This document shows positions 56,799 through 63,987 of a DNA stretch of 64,000 bases, in pieces; within the stretch, counting starts at the first letter, position 1, and the number at the start of each line of letters is the position of its first letter. Under the pieces are notes generated by a model. The model was not told the DNA's origin and ran no database searches. It saw nothing but the letters and a program-made list of their open reading frames with translations. Origin of the DNA: a virus; IMG/VR virus record IMGVR_UViG_3300020204_000022, positions 8,555-72,554 of that record; one strand, 5' to 3'. A program made the position numbers and the translations under genes.

Positions 56799-59231
56799 TT
56801 ATTTTTTTCTCATTCTAAGTTCTCTCAGATATCTTTTTACCACATCCATTTCGTTTGGTTTTTTTGTTTTTGCCACTGGCCCTTGTCGCTGTCCTGGAGG
56901 TGTAATTAATGGAATATGACTTGGTCTTGGGTTAGGCTTTCTCTCTGGCTTCGGACCAGGGTCTGGAGGAGGTAGGGGCTTTGGATCTCTTTTCGGTCTT
57001 GTAGGAACTTGTGGTTTGTAAGGGGTTTCCTTCTCCTCTTCTTTTTCTGGTTGTCTTGCTGGTTCTGCCTCGTTAATTCTCGAGGATTTAAATTCCGAGA
57101 AACTAGTGACTCTTCTGAATGAATTAGATTCAAACAGAGAAAATTTCTTTTGTACGAATCTTGTATTTGATTCCTGAACAATTTCCGAAAGATGCTTCCC
57201 ATTGATTACTAGTTCGTCTTTAACAACGTCATAATCAACTTTGATCTTTGTCCCTTCTTCCACATCATCCTCAATCAAATAAGAAGCAATTGGATCTTCG
57301 ATATATCTTCTAATTGCTCTTTTCATAGGTCTTGCTCCCATACTTGGGTCAAATCCATATTTAACAAGTAATTTATAAACTGAATTACCCCAAACAAGTT
57401 CAATCTTTTGAGTGTCTTTTAATCTTTCTGATACTTTTTGCAATTCTGCTGTTGCTATTCCTTTAATTGCTTCTTCTGATATTGGTTGAAAGATCACAAT
57501 ATCATCAATTCTATTTAAAAATTCTGGAGAGAATTTTTTTTCTGTTTTCAATGCCTGTAGGATCCTTTCCCTCATCTGTTCTTTCGTTTCTCCTCCCCCA
57601 GATTTTTCTGAATTTGATGAAGTAAATCCCCCGATTTTGGTTCTTTCCGCCGATTTGGGATCTTCTTGAGGCTTCATACCGGCGTTTGATGTCATTATAA
57701 TAACCGTATTCTTAAAATCTACAGTTCTACCTTCCCCATCCGTCATTCTTCCATCTTCAAATACGCCCAAAAGAGATTGCAAAACTGTTTTAGAAGCTTT
57801 TTCTATCTCATCAAGTAAAATCAAAGAATATGGTTGTCTTCTTACCTTTTCGGTGAGTTGGCCTCCCTGGCCATAACCAACAAATCCAGGAGGGGCTCCT
57901 ATTAATTTCGATCCTTCGTGTTCCGCTGCAAATTCAGCCATATCAAAACGAATTATCGCTTTTTCGGAACCAAAAATTTCCTCTGCTAATTTTTTGACCA
58001 AGTATGTTTTACCAGTTCCGGTGGGTCCAACAAATAAAAAAACCCCCCCTGGTCGGTTTGGATCTTTCAAACCAACACTATTTCTTCTAACTGTTTTCAC
58101 TACAGTATCAACTGCATCGTCCTGTCCTATTACTTTTGCCTTCAAATTCCTCGCAAGCTCTTTCAAAGAGGCTTTATCTGATTTCTTCATAGTTTGAACA
58201 GGTATTCCTGTCTTTTTAGCCACCAATTCCTCAGCCATATCCCTGGTAATATCTACTCTCTCCCCCATTTCTCCATTTTTTGACATTTGTGTTAGCTGTG
58301 ATTCGATTTCTCTTTTATCATCGTCTAATTGTGCTGCTAGATCATAGTTTCCTTTTTTAGATTCAGATTCTATACGTTTAATTAGATCTTGACGGGTTTC
58401 TTCCAGCGATAATGCTTTGGGGTTTCCCCCGGCAGACATTCGAATTTTTGCTCCCGTTTCATCCATCAAATCGATTGCTTTATCCGGCAAAAATCTGTCG
58501 GTGATGTATCTTTGTGAAAGTTTATAAAATGATTCTAGAGCTTCTTCTGTGTACTTTACGTTGTGAAATTGCTCGTATTTATTTTGAATTCCCCTCAAAA
58601 TTTCCATACATTCTTCGTAAGAAGGTTCATTTACCATAACCTTCTGGAATCTTCTTTCCATCGCTCCATCCTTTTCTATAGAATTTCTATATTCCCCCAA
58701 AGTAGAAGCACCAATTAAATGAAGTTGTCTTCTTGCAAGAAGAGGTTTCAAAGGATCATAAAGTTTTTCGCTTAAGGAATGAATTTCGTCCATAAACAAA
58801 ATTAATGGTTCTGACTCTATCTCTTCCAGAAGCTGACCCCAGGCAGGAGATGACATGGCTTGATTTAAATTCAACATTAATAAAGATGTTCCTTTCAAGA
58901 AATTTGGACATTGAGGACTAGCCATGAGTAAAGCTAGTTTTTCTACTACGGCAGTTTTTCCAACCCCAGGCTCTCCAATCAAAACTGGATTATCTTTTGT
59001 TTTTCTAGCCAAAATGAGTAAAACTTGGTCCAGTTCTTTTTCTCTTCCTATCACCGGATCTATTCTTCCCTCTCTTGCCTCTTCAGTTAAATCAACACCA
59101 AAACTTTTCCAAACCGTACCTCCTCCTACTCCGCCTTGGCCTTCGGGACGATTCTCATTACCATCCTCATTTTCGAATTCATCGTTTGCTTCACTCAAAC
59201 GTTTTGAATATAATTTGCTTAATCTTTTCAT
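56799..59231 (-). CDS. ClpC/ClpB-like double-ring AAA+ ATPase lacking the Clp N-domain, with leader motif and Pro/Lys-rich C-terminal tail
   Basis: D1 has Walker A GEPGVGKTA and Walker B LILFMDEIH. A short UVR-like middle segment reads NYDLAAQLDDDKREIESQL. D2 has Walker A GPTGTGKT and Walker B LILLDEIEKA, plus PEFLNRIDDIVIF. The N-terminus is MKRLSKLYSKRLSE|AN. The motif AGATATATAA, read on the minus strand, lies 18 nt upstream. Confidence 0.85.
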   Translation of the reverse strand: MKRLSKLYSKRLSEANDEFENEDGNENRPEGQGGVGGGTVWKSFGVDLTEEAREGRIDPVIGREKELDQVLLILARKTKDNPVLIGEPGVGKTAVVEKLALLMASPQCPNFLKGTSLLMLNLNQAMSSPAWGQLLEEIESEPLILFMDEIHSLSEKLYDPLKPLLARRQLHLIGASTLGEYRNSIEKDGAMERRFQKVMVNEPSYEECMEILRGIQNKYEQFHNVKYTEEALESFYKLSQRYITDRFLPDKAIDLMDETGAKIRMSAGGNPKALSLEETRQDLIKRIESESKKGNYDLAAQLDDDKREIESQLTQMSKNGEMGERVDITRDMAEELVAKKTGIPVQTMKKSDKASLKELARNLKAKVIGQDDAVDTVVKTVRRNSVGLKDPNRPGGVFLFVGPTGTGKTYLVKKLAEEIFGSEKAIIRFDMAEFAAEHEGSKLIGAPPGFVGYGQGGQLTEKVRRQPYSLILLDEIEKASKTVLQSLLGVFEDGRMTDGEGRTVDFKNTVIIMTSNAGMKPQEDPKSAERTKIGGFTSSNSEKSGGGETKEQMRERILQALKTEKKFSPEFLNRIDDIVIFQPISEEAIKGIATAELQKVSERLKDTQKIELVWGNSVYKLLVKYGFDPSMGARPMKRAIRRYIEDPIASYLIEDDVEEGTKIKVDYDVVKDELVINGKHLSEIVQESNTRFVQKKFSLFESNSFRRVTSFSEFKSSRINEAEPARQPEKEEEKETPYKPQVPTRPKRDPKPLPPPDPGPKPERKPNPRPSHIPLITPPGQRQGPVAKTKKPNEMDVVKRYLRELRMRKK

Positions 59232-59249
59232 CGAATTTTTTTTTATTTC

Positions 59250-59259
59250 TTATATATCT
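59250..59259 (-). promoter_or_regulatory. GATATATA-type conserved upstream motif (minus strand)
   Basis: The reverse complement reads AGATATATAA, 18 nt before the Clp-like start at 59231. Confidence 0.5.
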
Positions 59260-59313
59260 TCAAAAGATTCGAAAGTACTAAGAAACATAATTTAATTATG
59301 GGATATAAGAAAA

Positions 59314-59329
59314 CAAGGCGTAGTTCTGC
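59314..59329. repeat. Left arm of a perfect 16-bp inverted repeat (CAAGGCGTAGTTCTGC)
   Basis: Exact reverse complement of 59748..59763. Lies 22 nt upstream of the start of gene 59351. Confidence 0.9.
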
Positions 59330-59350
59330 TTCAAAAAAAATTTAAAAATT

Positions 59351-59743
59351 ATGGCAATATTTTATTTTCTTTTAGGTGCGCTTACCGTGGTGGTCTTGGT
59401 CACCGTGGCGGGTGTGTTTAAGATGAATTCGGATTTAGACCGAAAAATCACAATCAAAATCTCCGGCCACATCGAATCGGTCATGAAAGAGATTGAAATT
59501 ACAAGGAACAATTTACACTCCGATGATTCTTACATCCACAATCGGATCGATGAAGTTCTCGACGAAATCAATAAACGAGAAGAAATCGGAATCAGATCGG
59601 GAAGAGAACAATTCGAATCCTTACAAAAGCAGTTGGATTCCAGATGCGATAAGCTCTGGGCTCAGGTGAATGCAAATTACGAGTTGAGCCAAATGAGGCT
59701 CAACGAAATTTCAAACAAAAAAAATTCCCAGACAGGGGGATAA
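59351..59743 (+). CDS. Membrane-anchored coiled-coil protein (IR-flanked cassette gene)
   Basis: N-terminal TM helix IFYFLLGALTVVVLVTVAGVF, then a helical region. Visibly GC-richer than its flanks. Bracketed by a perfect 16-bp inverted repeat. Confidence 0.5.
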   Translation: MAIFYFLLGALTVVVLVTVAGVFKMNSDLDRKITIKISGHIESVMKEIEITRNNLHSDDSYIHNRIDEVLDEINKREEIGIRSGREQFESLQKQLDSRCDKLWAQVNANYELSQMRLNEISNKKNSQTGG

Positions 59744-59747
59744 AATC

Positions 59748-59763
59748 GCAGAACTACGCCTTG
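59748..59763. repeat. Right arm of a perfect 16-bp inverted repeat (GCAGAACTACGCCTTG)
   Basis: Begins 5 nt after the stop of 59351..59743. Exact reverse complement of 59314..59329. Confidence 0.9.
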
Positions 59764-59778
59764 ATTTAAACTTATATC

Positions 59779-61392
59779 GTGAAAATTTTAGGAATTTCTT
59801 ATGGAGCTCATTCTAGTTCAATAAGCTTGCTGGAAAACGGAAAAGTCGTTTTCTGCTTGGAGGAGGAAAGACATTCTAGAGTTAAACCGTATGTTGACTT
59901 TTATAATAATTGGTTCAGATTTCCACAGATGTCCTTAAATGAATTGTTTGGCAGGATTGGAATAAAATGGGAAGATATTGACCTAGTATCATCCCATAAT
60001 TCATTTGAAGAAATACAATATGTTTTGTCTTGTGTAGGTATTTCCTTTCAAGATCCAAACAAATTTTTTAAATTTGACCATCACGAGTGTCATGCTTTGG
60101 GAGCATATTATTTCAGCGGATTCGAAGAAGATTGTTTGAATATAGTTTTGGATGGGGCTGGTTTTGGAGCATCAGGAAAATATTATTTGGGTAAAAATGG
60201 CGAATTATTATTAATTTCTGAAATTTCGGGGGTAGGCGAAGAGGGATCTATGGCTTCTTTAGGATTATTTTATTCTATAGTCACCGATTTTTTAGAATTC
60301 AAAAGGGTTAAGGATGAGGGTAAAGTAGTTGGCATGTCATCACATGGCAAATTTAACCAGAATTATTATGACCTTTTTTATGACCTAATTAGGGGAGAAG
60401 GTTATCACACAAGATTTATTTCTTTGGACCAGATGGTCAAAACTTTGAATCAAAATTTTTACAATTTGATTGGAGGTAGATTTTGGAAAAATGAAAAACA
60501 AGATTTGGCATACAACGCACAATTGGCTTTCGAAAATAGAATAGTGGAGATTGTTGAAAGTTTGCATTCTGAATTTCCCTTTGCTAGAAAATTGGTTTTA
60601 TCCGGCGGTGTTTTTGCAAACATCAAAGTAAATAAAAGACTGAATGATCTGGATTGGGTGGATGAGGTTTTTGTCATGCCACCAATGTCAGACGAAGGTA
60701 TTTCTGTGGGATCTTGTATTGGTGCATACAGAAAAATAAATTCTGACTTCAGGCCGAGAAAAATACAAAATGTATTTTGGGGAAGTTCTTTTTCGTCTGA
60801 TGAGGTAATTTCCCAATGGGATAATCGGAAATTTGGGGCCAAGAAATATGTGGTTTCGGATGTTGCAAAGTCCTTATCCGAGGGAAAGATTATTGGTTTT
60901 TTTCAAGATGGATATGAACATGGTCCTAGAGCATTAGGTAATAGAAGTATTTTGGCGCATCCTGGTTTGAATTCGACTTACAAGAAGGTTAATGATAGAC
61001 TTCAAAGGAATGATTTCATGCCTTTTGCTCCATCGGTTTTATTCGAAAAAGCACAAGAAATTTTCGAATGCTCCAAATCTAATTATACCGGAGAATTTAT
61101 GACTATGCTTTATAACACTAAACCGGATTGGATAGATAGGATCCCAGCGGTGGTTCATCCGATTGATAAAACCGCCAGAGCACAAATTGTTAAATTTGAA
61201 AACAATCCAAAATTTCACGAGATTATCAATGAATTTTATTTGTTGACCGGAATTCCTTTACTTTTGAACACATCATTCAATGTACACGAAGAGCCAATTG
61301 TTTGTAAACCATCGGAAGCTTTTGCACATCTTGAAACGGGAATTGTTGATGAGTTGGTCATAGGAAATTTAATTTTTTCAAAATTAGATTGA
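59779..61392 (+). CDS. Carbamoyltransferase (NodU/CmcH family)
   Basis: GTG start. MKILGISYGAHSSSISLLENGKVVFCLEEERHSRVK, GPRALGNRSILAHP and LLLNTSFNVHEEPIVCKPSEA are the family's N- and C-terminal hallmarks. Confidence 0.85.
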   Translation: MKILGISYGAHSSSISLLENGKVVFCLEEERHSRVKPYVDFYNNWFRFPQMSLNELFGRIGIKWEDIDLVSSHNSFEEIQYVLSCVGISFQDPNKFFKFDHHECHALGAYYFSGFEEDCLNIVLDGAGFGASGKYYLGKNGELLLISEISGVGEEGSMASLGLFYSIVTDFLEFKRVKDEGKVVGMSSHGKFNQNYYDLFYDLIRGEGYHTRFISLDQMVKTLNQNFYNLIGGRFWKNEKQDLAYNAQLAFENRIVEIVESLHSEFPFARKLVLSGGVFANIKVNKRLNDLDWVDEVFVMPPMSDEGISVGSCIGAYRKINSDFRPRKIQNVFWGSSFSSDEVISQWDNRKFGAKKYVVSDVAKSLSEGKIIGFFQDGYEHGPRALGNRSILAHPGLNSTYKKVNDRLQRNDFMPFAPSVLFEKAQEIFECSKSNYTGEFMTMLYNTKPDWIDRIPAVVHPIDKTARAQIVKFENNPKFHEIINEFYLLTGIPLLLNTSFNVHEEPIVCKPSEAFAHLETGIVDELVIGNLIFSKLD

Positions 61393-61433
61393 ATAAAAGA
61401 AACTTTTACTTGAATACACATAAAAACAAAAAC

Positions 61434-61520
61434 GGAGGTTTGGCAGAGCGGTCGAATGCGACAGTCTTGAAAACTGTTTTACGGGGAACCGTAACCGGGG
61501 TTCGAATCCCTGAGCCCCCG
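61434..61520 (+). tRNA. tRNA-Ser (anticodon UGA), type II with long variable arm
   Basis: Folded by hand. Acceptor GGAGGTT/AGCCCCC with one A-C mismatch at 3:70. D arm GCAGAGCGGTCGAATGC. Anticodon stem ACAGT/ACTGT with loop CTTGAAA. Variable stem TACGG/CCGTA. T arm CGGGG-TTCGAAT-CCCTG. Discriminator G. No encoded CCA. Confidence 0.85.
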
Positions 61521-61526
61521 CACCAA

Positions 61527-61599
61527 GCGGGAGTAGCTCAGTTGGTAGAGCGACAGCCTTCCAAGCTGTAGGTCGCGGGTTCGAACCTCGTCTCCCGCT
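61527..61599 (+). tRNA. tRNA-Gly (anticodon UCC)
   Basis: Acceptor GCGGGAG/CTCCCGC is a perfect pair. D arm GCTC-AGTTGGTA-GAGC. Anticodon stem ACAGC/GCTGT with loop CTTCCAA. T arm GCGGG-TTCGAAC-CTCGT. Discriminator T. Confidence 0.9.
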
Positions 61600-61613
61600 C
61601 TAATCTTAATTAG

Positions 61614-62582
61614 ATGAAAGAAATTTTTCTTGTTGCCGCACACATTTCTGATGAAATCCAGCTTTCTTTTATCAGTGAGCTCATAGGAAATTTAAGAAAG
61701 GAAAAAAAGGAATTTGCGATTGTTAGCCATTCTCCAATCCCTGAATTTCTGACCAAAGAATCTAAATTCTATGTTTATGATTCAGATAACTATTTAATTC
61801 CTAAATATAAAATTCATACGGAAGGATATGGTCATAGAAATTTTTACTTTTGGAATTTTGGTAATTTTAAAATTTCATCTTCTAATTTTTTGTGGGGAAA
61901 TACTGATAATTATGGAATAGCCTGTTTGAAATTGTTACAGAGAGGGACTTTGATGGCAAAATCTTTTGGGTATGATATTCTTCATTATATTGAATATGAT
62001 TATAATTGGAAAAATGAAGTCTCCAACCAATTTTATGAAATATTAACAAAAGATTTAGATACAGATTTAGTTTGTTTTTGGCAAAAAAAAGATCCAATTA
62101 ATCATTTGCTTGGAAATTTCTTTTCTTTCAGAATCAGTTCATTAAAGAATAAAATTCTTTTTTTACAAACCGAAGATTTATTTGATCTGATCCGGTCTTA
62201 TGATTTTTGCGGGGAAAGAGTTACGGAAACATTTTTTCAACCGGAAAAAATACATCGTATAGAAAAGGAAAATTTGGGACTTGAAAACAGAATTTCTCGC
62301 GATAAATTGAATAAGAGTTTAGAAATCTGTTTCTATCAGGAAGGTCCAGAGAATTTGGATTTTTTTTGTTACAACGTTAGCCCAAATTGCATAAAATTGA
62401 ACTTGACATTAGACTCTATTAGAGAAGAAATTGAAATAAATTCCCAAACCTGGATTTTGAGAAAAATTGGTAATCCAGAAAAAATTAAAATTGAATACGA
62501 GGAAAAAATAGAAGAAATAGATTTATCGAATAAAGAAATGTATGATTTTTGGGTTGGATCTACTAAAATAGAATGGAGGTAA
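61614..62582 (+). CDS. Hypothetical protein
   Basis: 322 codons directly after the tRNA pair. No motif recognised. Confidence 0.45.
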   Translation: MKEIFLVAAHISDEIQLSFISELIGNLRKEKKEFAIVSHSPIPEFLTKESKFYVYDSDNYLIPKYKIHTEGYGHRNFYFWNFGNFKISSSNFLWGNTDNYGIACLKLLQRGTLMAKSFGYDILHYIEYDYNWKNEVSNQFYEILTKDLDTDLVCFWQKKDPINHLLGNFFSFRISSLKNKILFLQTEDLFDLIRSYDFCGERVTETFFQPEKIHRIEKENLGLENRISRDKLNKSLEICFYQEGPENLDFFCYNVSPNCIKLNLTLDSIREEIEINSQTWILRKIGNPEKIKIEYEEKIEEIDLSNKEMYDFWVGSTKIEWR

Positions 62583-62583
62583 T

Positions 62584-62790
62584 CTAAATCCTGTTTAATC
62601 TCGAATTTTCTTGTTTAAGTTGAGAAATAATCAAATCTGTAGTTGCTTGATTTTTTTCTATTTCATCAGAAATTTTTTCGCACAGATCTTTCATATTTTT
62701 CAAAATTTGACTTTTTTCTTCCTCGGAGTTAGATAATTCCAAAGATAAAATTAAAGATTTTAACTGATTTATGTATTTAGATAATTCCAC
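62584..62790 (-). CDS. Hypothetical small coiled-coil protein (uncertain)
   Basis: GTG-initiated 68-codon minus-strand ORF filling a gap between plus-strand genes. GATATATAA, read on the minus strand, lies 66 nt upstream. Confidence 0.3.
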   Translation of the reverse strand: MELSKYINQLKSLILSLELSNSEEEKSQILKNMKDLCEKISDEIEKNQATTDLIISQLKQENSRLNRI

Positions 62791-62856
62791 AGATTTGAAA
62801 ATTATTTACACAAATATAACCCAAACTCCGAAAACTTTTCCATAAAGTACATAAAA

Positions 62857-62865
62857 TTATATATC
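62857..62865. promoter_or_regulatory. GATATATA-type motif in a divergent gap (orientation ambiguous)
   Basis: On the plus strand it is TTATATATC, 16 nt before ATG 62882. On the minus strand it is GATATATAA, 66 nt before GTG 62790. Confidence 0.35.
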
Positions 62866-62881
62866 AAATTTTGAAATCACA

Positions 62882-63307
62882 ATGGCTAGACTTCCAAATC
62901 CACCAGTCGGTCCTGTTGAAATGCGACCTCCTCATATTTTCAATGTGATCGAATGTCCTAGCTGTAACGTTCCTAAAGGATGGGGATATGAGGTCGTCTT
63001 TGAAAACAACGAACTTTATTGTGGAAAACTTCTTTGTTTTAAGGCTGAAGCCAAATTTTCAATGCACTATCATTTGATCAAAGATGAAACTTGGTATGTA
63101 CAAGAGGGAACTTTTTTATATAGATATATCGACACCAGAAATGCCGAAGTTGGTGAAACAAGATTAGAAAAAGGTGATTCAGTTCGGCAAATGCCCGGCC
63201 AGCCACATCAATTGGAGGCAATAACAGATGGAATAATTTTCGAGGTTTCTACTCAACACTTTGACGAGGATTCATATCGGGTTTGGAAAGGGGACAGCCA
63301 AAAATGA
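62882..63307 (+). CDS. Cupin-domain protein (phosphomannose-isomerase-type cupin)
   Basis: GWGYEVVF..YCGKLLCFKAEAKFSMHYHLIKDETWYVQEG..LEKGDSVRQMPGQPHQLEA..IFEVSTQHFDEDSYRV follows the two-motif cupin pattern (H.H...E, then P...H). Confidence 0.6.
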   Translation: MARLPNPPVGPVEMRPPHIFNVIECPSCNVPKGWGYEVVFENNELYCGKLLCFKAEAKFSMHYHLIKDETWYVQEGTFLYRYIDTRNAEVGETRLEKGDSVRQMPGQPHQLEAITDGIIFEVSTQHFDEDSYRVWKGDSQK

Positions 63308-63987
63308 ATACAAATAAAATGACGGGAAAAGATTGGAAACTTTATTCGGATAAATCCAATTACTATTGGAATCAAAATCTTGATTTTGTTTTAAGTTCCA
63401 ACCATTTTATTCATTATGAATTTTTCTTTAAAGAAATTTATGGATGGGAATATTCCGAAACTAACTGCATTTATGAAATGTGGGGTTGCAAACTAGATTC
63501 GGGTGACGTGGTGGTTGATTTGGGAGCAAATGTAGGTTTTTTCACCCACCTAGCTGCAAAAAAATGTAAAGAAGTAATAGCAATAGAGGGAGGTTATGAA
63601 ATTTTTTCTTGTCTTGTTGAAAATACAAAAGAACACGACAATGTAAAATATTTAAATGCTTCTATTTTGGGAAAATCTTTAGAACCCACAAATGTATGGT
63701 CGCCAAAACACAATCCTCTTTATTTGCAGATTGAGGATGTTTTCAAAATTTTCAATTTGGAAAAAATTGATTTTTTAAAGTGTGACATAGAAGGAGGTGA
63801 ATATGATTTACTTTTAAATTTGGATGAATCAATCCTAAATAAAATCAACAAAATAGCAGTGGAGATGCACGACCCTGCCCGTAATGAAAATTTCTTTATA
63901 CCAGGAAAAGTTAGACATTCTTTTTATTGGGACGTAAATAATAATGGGGAATATCAGACGATGTTTTATTTCGTAAATCAACAATAA
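63304..63987 (+). CDS. FkbM-family SAM-dependent methyltransferase
   Basis: The in-frame ATG at 63304 overlaps the cupin stop (ATGA). GDVVVDLGANVGFFT is the FkbM-type SAM-binding motif. IDFLKCDIEGGEY is the family's conserved acidic motif. Confidence 0.65.
   Translation: MNTNKMTGKDWKLYSDKSNYYWNQNLDFVLSSNHFIHYEFFFKEIYGWEYSETNCIYEMWGCKLDSGDVVVDLGANVGFFTHLAAKKCKEVIAIEGGYEIFSCLVENTKEHDNVKYLNASILGKSLEPTNVWSPKHNPLYLQIEDVFKIFNLEKIDFLKCDIEGGEYDLLLNLDESILNKINKIAVEMHDPARNENFFIPGKVRHSFYWDVNNNGEYQTMFYFVNQQ

Noticed and set aside
59298-59345. A 15-codon mini-ORF (MGYKKTRRSSASKKI) containing the left inverted repeat.
   Set aside because: It is too short to support. The inverted repeat is the more likely reason this sequence exists.
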